From assembly GCA_951406725.2 (NCBI GenBank), contig OX597824.1, forward strand, positions 12,028,001 to 12,092,000: a stretch of 64,000 nucleotides of DNA. The letters are read 5' to 3'. How positions within the stretch are numbered: position 1 is the stretch's first letter; every line of letters begins with the position of its first letter. The position numbers and the translations under genes are program-made. The stretch is from Octopus vulgaris. Lineage: Eukaryota. Of this stretch, positions 1 to 12,300 are shown one piece after another. Under the pieces are notes generated by a model. It was given only the letters and a program-made list of their open reading frames with translations. It had not been told where the DNA came from and made no database searches.

Positions 1-839
1 CAGCTCAAGTGAGGAAAGAAGCTACCAGAATAAAAAAGAACTTATGACTAACAGGAAACTCAACAGAAAAAATGATGCGCCTGAGAAGAGACGTACAGGA
101 CATATTTAAAGGTCTTGACAGAGGGCACTAGACCAGAAAGTTTATCAGCTAGGTCAGCATAATAAAGAGTTAAAAATTACTATAATAATGTTACTTTTAA
201 ATGATGGTTATAAAATATTAAATATTCAGTACAACAGGCATATGTGTACCCTTTAAAACGACAGCCACCAACTTTAATATGGGATGCCAAAATTTAATAT
301 TTCTATTATTGAAAAATGCAAATAGTTTTGTAATCTGAGCATGAACATAAATACTTCTGTTCTTTAAAAATTTTAATTGGAAAATAAATGTTTCCATCAT
401 TAGAAACACTATTTTATTTAATGCGGAGATCAAATTAATAATCAATCAATAAGGATAACAGATGAATGCTGTCATCTTCAAAATGTAAACATAAACTGAA
501 AGAAACTGTAATTATTTTAATGAATTGTCAACAACTGTTGAAAGAATGAAAGTATTTAAATGGAAACATGAGTGTTTATATTCTTCACTACCAGCAATGG
601 ACCACTACAAGATCCAGTCTTTGTTGTAGTGTAGTGGCTTTTGTGCTGCAATGGCCGAGAGCTACCCAGCAGAGCATGAGTCCCAAGTGGGGCCCTCTTG
701 TGTTTGATAGGCCAAAGAATCATGGACAAATAAGGAATGCTTTTTGCCATAAGTAAAAAAAAACAACAAACAAGCTTACATAGGGTTAACATGTCTACTA
801 AGGGGGGAAAAAATCCAAAAAAAATCAATGACAGTTCAA

Positions 840-1004
840 ATCCAACAAGACCTTCCCTCAGGGACAAAGTGCAGCAAAATCTGAAAGGAAGCTGCAAGGT
901 TGAATCTCCTTCTGACCACCAGGAGGCAGCCCAGAGTCAAGAACAGTGGACAAAAGTTGTAACTGGCCTGTGCTCCATAAGGAGTAGAGGGCTTAGGTAA
1001 GTAA
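840..1004 (+). mobile_element. Decayed RTE-type LINE 3' end
   Basis: Reads ...AQSQEQWTKVVTGLCSIRSRGLR*, resembling the RTE C-terminus AQDRxxWRxxVxGLCS, followed by a TAAG-type tail. Confidence 0.5.
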
Positions 1005-1227
1005 CTACCAACAATGAAGACACTGTACATCTTATTGAAACAACTAAGCCCCTTCTATTATTGCACAGTTCAAACCTTCACATGAAAAATTACAACAGTG
1101 AAGTTTGCTCATCTTTTAATGATATATGAAACCATTTTCCATAGCTATGAAAATTAAGTTTGTCCAGAGACAAAACATACTTCTTTCAGCCAGTATGTAC
1201 AAACAAGAGGAAAAACATATCATATCT

Positions 1228-1448
1228 TTATCTTTTACTTGTTTTAAGTATTAGACTGTGGCCATGCTGGGCACTGCTCTTGAAGGGTTTAGTTGAACAA
1301 ATCAATCCCAGTTCTTTTTTTTTATTGTAAAACCTGGTACTTATTCTATCATTCGCTTTTTGTCAGACTGCTAATTCATAGGGACAGAAATAAACCAACA
1401 CTGATTGTCAGGCAGTGGTGGGGGACAAACACATACACAAAGGTATAA

Positions 1449-1503
<55 letters not shown>

Positions 1504-1668
1504 TGCAGGCGTGGCTGTGTGGTAAGAAACTTGCTTCCAAACCACGTGATTTCAGGTTCAGTTCCATTGCATGGCACCTTGGGTAAGTGTCTTCTACAAT
1601 AGCCTCACGCTGACTAAAGCCTTGTGAGTGGATTTGGTAGACGGAAACTGAAAGAAGCCCATCGTGTT

Positions 1669-1700
<32 letters not shown>

Positions 1701-1931
1701 TATATATATGTATGTATATTTCTAAGTATGTGTCTTTGTCCTTTCACCATCACTTGACCAACTGATGTTGGTGTATTATGTCCCCGTAACTTAGCAGTTC
1801 TGCAAAAGCGACTGATAGAATAAGTACTAGGCTTACAAAGAATAAGTCCTGGGGCCGATTTCTTTGACTAAAACCATTTAACATGGTGCTCTAGCATGGC
1901 TGCAGTCAAATGACTGAAACATGCAAAAGAG

Positions 1932-1978
<47 letters not shown>

Positions 1979-2070
1979 GAAGGTTTGGAGATGATGTACA
2001 CACACACACATAGATCATATCATTCGGATTATTAGCGCTTTCTCCCATTCCAGTGGGGTTTTCAAATCAA

Positions 2071-2103
<33 letters not shown>

Positions 2104-2268
2104 TATACACATACAATGGGCCCCTTTCAATTTCTGTTGGCCAGATCTGCTCACCAGGCTTTGGTTGGCCCAGGGCTTTTGTAGAAGACACTTGTCGAAG
2201 GTGCAACTTAGTGGGACTGAACCCAGAACCATATGGTTGGGAAGCAAGCTTCTTACCATATAGCCACA
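1228..2268. mobile_element. Nested SINE-A pair: minus-strand host (about 1228-1445 and 2085-2268) with a plus-strand copy (about 1502-1932) inside its central TA microsatellite
   Basis: The plus copy has A-box TGGCTGTGTGG, B-box GGTTCAGTTCC, CORE-like GGCACCTTGGGTAAGTGTCTT and the tail ...GACTGAAAC. Complementary halves flank it on the minus strand. Confidence 0.75.
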
Positions 2269-2357
2269 TAATAATAATAATAATAAAAAATTGAGAAAGA
2301 AAGAGAAAGAAGTCAAATAGACTATATATATATGTATGTATTGATTGATTTACTTAC

Positions 2358-2456
2358 GGTAGGGGAGGAGCTGACTTATACTCAGGGATGAAATCAAGAT
2401 GAGCTCGAACATCAAAACGATCAATCATGTTGTCCGTCTGACCTTGCCATGGCATC
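2358..2456 (-). CDS. CLASRP: CLASRP next coding exon, 99 nt (M-MPWQGQTDNMIDRFDVRAHLDFIPEYKSAPPL-P)
   Basis: Minus strand reads ttgtttcattttag|GATGCCATGG...CCCCTACC|gtaagt. It joins the upstream exon in frame (AT|G) and carries the IDRFDVRAHLD motif of the DRY_EERY domain. Confidence 0.96.
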
Positions 2457-2671
2457 CTAAAATGAAACAAACAATCTCTGGTAAGACAGTAAAGAAGACA
2501 TTCAACCTTTTCTGCCGCATCTGATACTCAGAAAAGGCAATTAATTACATTTTTATTGTTATATCCGTTAAAGGTTTCACAAATGATTTTTGAATAAGGC
2601 ACCATGCTATTACTATATAAAGCATAAAGTATCCTTTGTGATTCAAAATAATGGTTAGAGGAAGATTTGAC

Positions 2672-2706
<35 letters not shown>

Positions 2707-3256
2707 GGGAATGAGCAAATGGTATAGAATCTCTAGATAAAATAACAATGAAAAATGTATTGCATTAAAAAGTTAATTAGAAATAGATTAGAAAATGAGG
2801 AACAAACAATATCAAAGACTAAACAGTAAAATAATCAATTGGACCATCCATTCTACTTCTTTGAGATAGGACGAGATTAAAACACAGTAAACAACGTAGA
2901 GTCATCTTTAACTCTTTTAATACCATATTTTTTGTTGAAATATGCAACCTTTGTTTCATCTAATTTCGAAAATATTGAGGAATTTTGTAAAATAGCTTTG
3001 TCGTTATTAAGCTGTTGTTTGAACATAAATTAACACAAAATTTTAATGGAAGGGTTTACTTTTGATCACTTTAAAACAAGGAATTTGTCTCACAGAATCG
3101 AGGGCAGTTTCATGCAGGTTGGTATCGAAGGGGTTAAGCAATTTATTTCATAGTAATAAAGTAAATGAAAATCAAAAATCATAAAACTTCAATCACACAC
3201 AATATGTTATTTCAATCTTGACTTCTCTGGTTTGATGGTGAATACCAGTTAATTAA

Positions 3257-3478
3257 GCCTTTCATTACTGTATTTATTTTGAGATGCTCCGTGTTTCTTT
3301 CAATTATTTTAAATATAACAAAAGAATTTAGTAAATTAACTTTGTTATCATTATGCTAGTGTTAGGAACATAAATTTTAACTAAGATTTGGTGGAAGATT
3401 TTAATTCAAAACTTATGAAAACAAGACATTTATACTAAAGAGCCGGAGCTGGTTTCAGCTGGGTTGGTAACGAAAGGG
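3257..3478. mobile_element. piggyBac-type MITE family 1 (about 220 bp); a diverged relative lies at about 2908-3137
   Basis: TTAA on both sides, right end GTAACGAAAGGG, near-identical to the copies at 15443, 42652 and 49230. Confidence 0.8.
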
Positions 3479-4109
3479 TTAAAGGAGATCAAGATAGACA
3501 GAGTGTTTTGAATCAGAAATGGGGGGAAATTTGGCTATTATTTCTAGCAAGATGAGCAACCATAAAGGGGCTTCCAGGTAAAATAGTGTTAACGCTATTG
3601 AATCATGGTGTATTATTGGTGGAGGCAGTGGTGGGGGAGACTAAATACATTCCTTGCCTTCCTCTTTCTGATTTGCAGAACTGAATCTATCTTGATTCTC
3701 ATGGTTACTATCTGTCTTTCACTACCTTTTCTGATTGAAACAACTGTGTCTGTCTATATTGATTTTCTTAAATCATCAGGAATTTTGCATCCAACTGAAG
3801 AAGTCCAGATAAAATCTGGATATGTATATGATTGGAATTTTATGATTTTCAATCTGTATCACTATAAAATAGATTAAATAAGATCCTACATTTTAATTAT
3901 TATTATTGCCTTGAAGCAGCTATGTAAGATTGAGTCTGCTCCATTGTACAAATGAAGAAGATAGACCAATCAAACTGGCACTTTTGGAAAGAATGATTCC
4001 AGGCCTCTGGTCAGATGATATTGTCTTAGAGGCATAATAAGAACAACTGTGTACCTTGCTTGTCTGAATATGTATTCATACTGGATTTAGGTAAGAATTT
4101 AAGGGGGGT

Positions 4110-4532
4110 TAAAATTTTGGCACAAGGCCAGCAATTCCAGTAGGAAGGTATAAGTCAATTACATCAAACCCCAGTATCTGACTGGTACTTTATTTTATTG
4201 ACACCACCCAAAGTATGAAAGGCACAATTGACCTTCGTGGGATTTGAACTCAAAATGTAAAGAGTCAGAAGTAATGCAACTAAGCATTTTATCTGATGTG
4301 TTAATGGTGCCGCCAACTCCCCACATTAAGAAACAATAATAATAATAATAATCCTTTCTACTAGCGGTACAAGGCCAGAAATTTAGGGGACTGTCAATTA
4401 CATCGACCTCAGTACACCACTGGTGCTTATTTTATCGACCCTGGTGGAATTTGAACTCAGAACACAGCGACAGACGAAATACTGCTAAGCATTTCTCCCA
4501 GTATGCTAACGATTCTGCCAGCTCACCACCTT
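4110..4532 (-). mobile_element. Two decayed SINE-B-related copies
   Basis: Share GGAATTTGAACTCAGAA, CTAAGCATTT and CTGCCAGCTCACCACC with the younger B copies. Confidence 0.7.
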
Positions 4533-4978
4533 AACAACAACAACAATAATAATAATGGGTTCGAATTTTGGCACAAGGCCAGCAAGTTCAGGATGTGAGG
4601 GTAAGTTGATTACATCAATGTAGTAGTAGTAGTAGTAGTAGTAGCAGCAGCAGTAGCAGTAGTAGTAGTACATGAACAGAGTTTGAATAATTCAACCCTG
4701 GAAACATAGGTGTTTCATTTATCATCCTTAAACAATTCTTATTCAGGGAACTTTTGACTGAGATTGGCTACTCGACCTGAAGAAAATTCTAACTGGGCTC
4801 CACCTACAAGGTCATGCACAATTTATCTTGATCTATCACCATGTCATGCACATATGTTTGTGATGCATGTGCCCCTTGCGTACTCTTATCAGATGGGTAA
4901 TCTTGGTGGATATATTGAGCTTTGTATATTTGTGCCTCAGTGTCAGTTTGATGGCATACACAGCCCTTATAATAATTA

Positions 4979-5270
4979 ATTCTTTTATTGGCCACAAGGG
5001 CTGACAAAAATTAGTTCTAACATAAAGGGACAAAACACAGGACGAAAGTTACAAAGGGTTTTGTCCGTTTCAAAAATCCGTGTAAAAAACAGTGTAACAA
5101 AGAAAATATTTAACAATGAAAAACTCCAAATAGGGGGAGGCGCTTCGAAAGGTTCCTGGTGGAAAAACCCATAAAAGCCACGGGAGCCTAGTCAAAAGGG
5201 GGGTAGTGAGCCCCTTTCTCCTTTTGTAATGCCTTTTTCTTACAGGTGTATCCTCAGAATGGCTCCATTC
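4979..5270 (-). mobile_element. 5'-truncated LINE 3' end sharing its tail with SINE-B
   Basis: Minus strand reads ...NGAILRIHL* and then a UTR ending TTTGTCCCTTTATGTT...AGCCCTTGTGGCCAATAAAAGAA. Confidence 0.55.
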
Positions 5271-5397
5271 ATAATAATAATAATCCTATTATTAGCACAA
5301 GGCCAATATGAACGGATAAGTTGACCATGGTAGAATTCAAACTCAGAACATAAAGACAGACAAAATGCCACTAAGCATTTTGTCTGATGCACTAACA

Positions 5398-5430
<33 letters not shown>

Positions 5431-6810
5431 CATGTATAAATGAAAAAAAAAAAGTTTAATCTTGAAGGTAGAGGGTCATAATGATTTAAATATTTTCTTT
5501 TTTCTGTCATGTATAGAAGACTGACATGTTTCACAATTATTGTTCTGGCTTTGCTCTTGTTGAAATGATGATCAAAGAAACACAAAGTGAATAATATCAT
5601 ACAATAACTGGCATAAAGATTAACTAATTCAAAGACACCATCAACATGAAAGCCATGTTAACATAATTAATGCCAACACTATTGAAATGATATTAAATAT
5701 GTGATTAAGAAAGAAAATATAAACTGTGTTAGTCAATTACTAGTAATATTTTTGTCCTTCTGGCAGACAACCCCGGGCATGTTTCAATCTTATTCTGACT
5801 GCATTAGCAAAGCATAGATTTCAACACACTTGCTTATGTAATGATAGAGCAACCCCTAAGTAAATGCACAGGTGTCAGCTTTTGCTAGCATACAACAAAA
5901 AAAACTGTTTAAAGATAACTAGTGTAAAGATATTATCTGCATCAAAAACAATGGAAGAGTCAGCGCCAGAGTATTTAATAAATGCATCATTAAAAAAGCT
6001 AACTGAAAAATCAATACGCAGTGAAGAAAAACTATATTAGTCAACGGCCAATATTATTTTCGTTTTTCCAGCAAGTAAGGGGAAGTGGTGTTATTTTAAT
6101 AATTTCCTCTCTAAAACCCAGCTTCCATAAATTACTGCTACTTTATTTCATGTTGTCTTTGAACTAACAGTGCTGTAATTAGCAACCAATGGCTAACCAC
6201 AAACAGTTATCACTTGTTCTCACAGCAAATGTAAGAGTGTAAATAATATCATAGTCTTTACTTCTGCACTTCAAATTTACTACAAACTTGACTGACCAAG
6301 TAGACTATTTCTTTGCCTGCTCTTTTTTTATTACTTATTACTATTAACCGTCCATAGTGCAGAAATAAATATAAAACAATGCGTCGTCTCTAAAGACGAA
6401 GCTAATAGCTTGAAAGATTACAATCTTTAGTAATGTTTCATTTAAGGCATTTAGGAAGAAAATAGCAGATGGTAAAAAAATATAAACCTAAGCCATGTCT
6501 ATGATGACAAAATATATTTGTGCTTTTTTGTATCTGGTAACATTTCAAGAATATCTTTTAAAAATAAGACAACTCAACAGACACAATAGATTCTGAGGTG
6601 AAATTTATATATAATCTCCTTGAAATTAATAAAACAAGAGACATTGGTAAACTGGAAGGAACCAATTAAACTGACTGCAGTCAGTCATTTACAAAGACTA
6701 ATCTTGTCAAAAGGATTCAATATCTAATAATGTAATCACTGTTTATAACATACAACACTAGGTTTAGAAATACATACAAATCAACTGATTCATGTATTTA
6801 TTTCTCTGAT

Positions 6811-7116
6811 CTAGGTTCTAGCACTGTCTCTCTCCCATTACTTCCTCCTCTATCACCCTCTCCTCCTAATCAATGTTCTTCCCTACCCCCATCGCTCTTG
6901 CTCCTTTGACCCCCTAGGTTCTAGTACTGTCTCTCTTCCATTACTTCCTCCTCAATCACCCTCTCGTAATCACTGTTCTTCCCTACCCCCATTGCTCTTG
7001 CTCCTTTGACCCCCTAGGCTCTAGCACCATCTCTCTTCCATTACTTCCTCCTCTATCACCCTCTCCTCCTAATCACTGTTCTTCCCTACTCCCATCACCC
7101 TTGCTCCTTTGACCCC
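6811..7116. repeat. Tandem repeat, 3 x about 100-103 bp, pyrimidine-rich on plus
   Basis: Units start with CTAGG(T/C)TCTAG at 6811, 6914 and 7014. Confidence 0.95.
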
Positions 7117-7499
7117 TTAACTTTGTCACCATTCTATCTTCTGTATCCATCCTGCCACCTTGCTCGTGTTGCCTTCAATGAAGGGAAACACTGTTGAGAA
7201 ATGAAGACCTGTTAATCTTTCAAGGTACAAGGTAATCTCATTAGTGCTGGAGGTATGATAGAATCCACTTAATATACACTACAAACTGGTTAGCAAAACA
7301 AGCATAGACACGCAGGGTCCAAAGGGCAACTTTGTTTGCCTGAGAACATAACAACCTATCTAGAGTTTATATCATGATAAAATAAAACCTAGATAGTTAG
7401 TTTTGTAAATGCATACCCTTGTCTGCTGCTGATTACACAAAACATGATATAACTGCAGCAATTTGGTCTTTATTTTATAAGTTAACATATTGAATATCA

Positions 7500-7820
7500 T
7501 CAGTAAAAAGCTTGCTTCCCAACCACATGGTTCCAGGTTCAGTTTCACTGTGACACCTTGGGCAAAACTATGGGAGTGGATTTGACAGACAGAAACTGAA
7601 AGAAGCCTGCCGTGTGTGTGTTTGTCCCTCCACCATCGCTTGACAGCTGATGCTGGTGTGTTTATGTCCCTGTAACTTAGCAGTTCAGCAAAAGAGACCA
7701 ATAGAATAAGTACTAGTCATACAAAGAGTAAGTCCTGGGGTCGGCTTCTTTGATTAAAACCCTTTAAGGTGGTGCTCCAGCATGGCCACAGTCAAATAAC
7801 TGAAACCAGTAAGAGTAAAA
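7500..7820 (+). mobile_element. SINE-A copy with an internal deletion
   Basis: Matches the family A head and tail. Confidence 0.8.
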
Positions 7821-9411
7821 AAATATGTATTCTTCCAACTTATTGCAGTGTGTCTTAAATATATTATTTTACCAATCACAAGATTAATACTAAATATTAC
7901 AAGCCAGCAAACATACTGACATGTCGCCTAGACAGTCCATCAGTGTTCCTTCTTGCATACTGGAATTACAGACAAACAGAACCATCTACACAGCCAACAG
8001 GAGTATAGAAATATTGATTTCTTAAATAGGTATAAGGCCATTTGAGGGGAGGGGGAGCATCTGATTGTATTGACCCCTGTTTTTTTTCTTTTTTTTTTCA
8101 TTTTTTTTATTTATTACTGAAACTCATTTTATTGACTCTTAAGATAGAAATTTTGAGATGTAAATTGCAACCTTGAGATAGAGCTAAACATCTGGCCGAA
8201 AGATAAATATATTAGAATTATGAGGGCAGTAGGGATGGTCATGGCTGTACAAAGAAGGACAAACAGCAATTATAAGTATCAAGTCACTATGTCAGTGCTC
8301 TGAGTTTTATAAAAATCCATCTAGTGCTGATAAATAACGATCAGTAATATACTGGCAATGATTCAATTAAGTAGACAGTTCCTCTGCAAAAATTGGCCCT
8401 GTGCCTAGTTTTTAAAAAAAAAAAACAAAAAACATCAAATATAAAATTTGTTTTAAAAATCAATATTTGAACTACTCAAAACACTACACACACTGCACAA
8501 GCAGAAAGACAGAAATATTAGGTTTTTCATTAAACCTTTATAATTCTGTAGCAATAACCAAGACAGAAGAATATACAACCGAATCATTGGAATAATGCGT
8601 TCATAGAGCGGCTCCCTACCATTACCACTATTGAATCCTAGATATCTCCATTAATGCCCCTCAATAAAGTTGGCTGCCATTGATAAACCAAGAAGATGGT
8701 TTTGTGTCTAAGATATAAGATATGCACTTCTTAAAGAGAGAATGCTTAAAGCAAGGGTTTTTAGCAGCAAGAATTTTACGGACCAGCATCCAAGCACCTT
8801 AAAAACCATTCCAGTCATCATGCCCTGTAATTAAATACGTGACACAATAAATAAATAAATGAATGAAGGAAAATGTTGCATTATTTGAGAAGCTGGTCCA
8901 ACTGATGCTGGTATGGAATGGCAAACTGGAATTCATAATATGACGATGATGCTTCTTAAGATTACAATATCAACTCTTGTCTTTAAAAAAAAAAAAACAA
9001 ACAACAAAAACAAAAGATAAAGAATTCCACCATAAATAGATAGATAAGCAGATCTTATATATTCTAGATAATTGGATCAATAAAAGAGGATGGCGGTGGT
9101 TGTCTGTTCATATGTAATGAGCTTACTATTACTATACAAGCTATTAGAAGCCCAGGAAGAAGAGAGGATGGGGGGTCATTTGGATTTTTATTTATTTACT
9201 TTTAAAAAAATTTTTTTTTTTACAGCCTTCTTGTTTAAAAGAAAGGAAGCTGACTATAACCCCGAGTTAGTCTAACATTGGCAAAAATCAAACGCCACAG
9301 AGAAGAGAAGAAGTGGAAAATACAATTATAAAACACAGGTGAAAATGTCAGTAACTGAATAAAAGAAAGAAGAAGAAATTAATAACAAAAACAAAACTGC
9401 TTCCACTTTTA

Positions 9412-9447
<36 letters not shown>

Positions 9448-9574
9448 TAATAATAATAAAATATTTTTAAAATCAATAAACATTGCTGAGCCTTATAATT
9501 TATCAGTTTCAGAGGGAGAGGGCTGATCTTTCAGCAGTTGCCTTAGCTATGCTAGACCTTTTTTTGTATTAAAT

Positions 9575-9866
9575 AGTGGTTGTGGTGGCAATGGTAGAAA
9601 TAGTAGTAGTAGTAGTAGTAGTAATAATAGTAGTAATAGCAACAGCTGTGGCAGTAGTTGTAGTAGTAACAATAGCAGCAACAGACATACACTATAGTGG
9701 TGGTGGTGGTGGTAGTAGTAGTAGTAGTATTAAAAAAGGTAATGGTATTAGTAGTAGTAGTAGTGGTGGTGGTGGTAGAGATAGAAATGATGGTAGTAGT
9801 AACAGTAGCAGCTCCAGAACCCAGCATGTAATAATAGTTGAAGTAATGGTGGTGTGAAGGTGATGT

Positions 9867-9911
<45 letters not shown>

Positions 9912-10045
9912 CAGAAACCCCACAAGCAGTAATGGTGGCAGTAAGCAGTAGAAGCTCTCTTTTTTTTTTGTTGTTTGTTTGTTAGTTGATTTTACTTTTT
10001 TTTTTTTGTTTTATTTTTATATTCTTAAACAAGCAGCAGCAGCAA
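9575..10045. repeat. Compound triplet low-complexity tract: (TAG)n, (TGG)n, (CAG)n
   Basis: Directly visible; the CAG run is at about 9868-9908. Confidence 0.9.
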
Positions 10046-12300
10046 TCAATGCTTAATAGCAAGTCTAGCATGAACAATTTACTTCTAACACTCAGCCAGA
10101 CCTAGAACACATGCTATATAAAGATGGGAAAGAGACGGAAGGGGGGGGGGAAGGGTCTGTCATTGTATATACACACACCAGGGTTTTTGAAATTTTCAGG
10201 ATCTAAACCCATTCACAAATATTTTGTAGACACAGAAGCAACTTCTATCCATTTATTTTTTAAAAATCTAATTAACACTCTAAAATTCAAAATACGATAG
10301 AAATATACAGATTTTTTTAAAAACATAAAATATATCTTGTCAAAACGAGACTATGCAAAAAAAATTCTACGATTTTCCTGAGTAAAATTCCCATCATTCT
10401 TATTTAACCCTTTAGCATTTAAACTGGCCGTATCTAGTCAAAATATTCTGACTGTTTCATTGTTCAAGCAGGTCAGATCTGGCCTGTCACACCTACCTTG
10501 CAATGTCATTCTAAGAATAAACAATCACATCGTCAAAATCTCAAAGCTACAAGATAATATCTCTCCTTTTTTTTCTCTCCTCTCTCATTCTGTCCCTTTC
10601 TTCTCCCCCTTGATACATACCCATCCTCCTAACTTAGTAGCCAACTTCTGTTCAGACCATACATATTGAAATATATTTCCCTCAACTGGTTTATATATTG
10701 AAATGTTTTAACTGAGAAAGGTCTTGTGTAATGGATGCATTTCCTGTTATATATTACAGTCCTGAAACATACGTATTAAATGATTTCAAACCATAACTAT
10801 TTGATTTGACTTCGTTACACACACACACAGCAGGGCTTCATTCAGATTCCATCTACCAAATCCACTCACAAGACTAGTTGGCCTGGGGCTATAGTAGAAG
10901 ACACTTGCCCAAAGTACCATGCAGTGGGACTGAATTCTGAGACCACACGAGTAGGAAGTGAGGAGTTATTTTAAATATTAATTTATTAATTTCATAGCCC
11001 ACTTCTAGTCAGCATGTATGGCAAGAAAACTACAGGTTTTACAAACAAGCTGGGTCAGTTATTAAAAATAAAATTTTAAAAAGAAAACACCCAAAAAATA
11101 TGGTCATGATATCGCTTTTGATTATATCTAGCATGAAAACCTCCTACTTGGGCTGTCCAGGGTTCTATGAGTTACATTGCTTGGATTTAGAAATTTCTTA
11201 TCTGACCACTCACTGGCATCATGTACCAACTGAACTCACTCACTCACTCACTCACTGTAATCCACAATATTAATTCAGGTTTGATTATACGACTCCCACA
11301 TTTTATTTCAATTCATTCATAACTTCATGCTTTCACTTCTAACAAGACCCATTCCCATTTGACAAACACACTGTCCATGATCTGAGATCTTAAAACCCAG
11401 TCCAATCTAGGTTCAGTTCCACTGCACAGCAACTTGGTTAACTGTCTTCTACAACAACCGCAGGCCAACCAATGCCTTGTGAGTGAATTTGGTAAAAGGA
11501 AACTGCATGGAAGACCCTTAGTGAACTTCAATCTATGTATGTATATACATGTGTGTGTCTTTGTGTTTGTCCACACACAGAGCTTGACATCTACCACTTC
11601 CCCTAACTTAATGGTTCAGCAAGAGACTAATAGAATAACAGGCTTTAAAAATAGTGGGGTTGATTTGTTACAGTAAACCCTTCAAGACAGTGCCCCAGCA
11701 TGGACACCAGAAAAAAAAGTAAATGATAAAAGATAGAACAAAACAGTTTGCTGACATTCTTTAACCCAAAGCACTTTGTCCAGCAAGCTAATGATTCTGC
11801 CAGTTTGCCTACTTTAATAATAATAATAATAATAATGGTTTCAAATTTTGTCACAAAGGCAGCAGTTTTTGGGATTGAGTCAATTACATCAACCCCAGTG
11901 TTCAACTGGTACTTATTTTACTGACCCTGAAAAGATGAAAGGCAAAGTTGACCCCAGTGGAATTTGAACTCAGAACAAGCATTTTTCTCGTCGCACTAAC
12001 AATTCTGCCAGCTCTCCGCCATAATGATGATGATAATAGAATAATAATTATAATCCTGGAGAGGGGTACAGTCAGTTATATCCACTCCAGAGCTGATCTG
12101 GTACTTTATTTTGTCAACCTTGTAAGGATGAAAGACAATTTGAAATTTGAACTCAGAACATAGAGAGATGGAAGAAAAGCTACTAAGCATTTTGTCTGGC
12201 ATGCTAATGATTCTATTAGTTCACTGCCTTAAAAAAAATGCTAATGAAAATGAAACTCATGCAGGCTTATAGTAACACAGTATCTTGCAGTATTACTATT

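Noticed and set aside
556-897. 113-aa minus-strand ORF as the next CLASRP exon
   Set aside because: No similarity to the expected ERKCNYERYR segment and no convincing splice sites.
990-1003. Perfect-looking plus-strand donor AG|GTAAGT suggesting an antisense exon
   Set aside because: It coincides with the stop codon and TAAG tail of an RTE-like 3' end.
6670-6685. 16-bp perfect palindrome ACTGACTGCAGTCAGT
   Set aside because: About one such palindrome is expected by chance in 64 kb.
9552-9923. Overlapping ORFs with poly-T/Y/L and poly-S/G runs
   Set aside because: They are translations of triplet microsatellites, not an RS domain.
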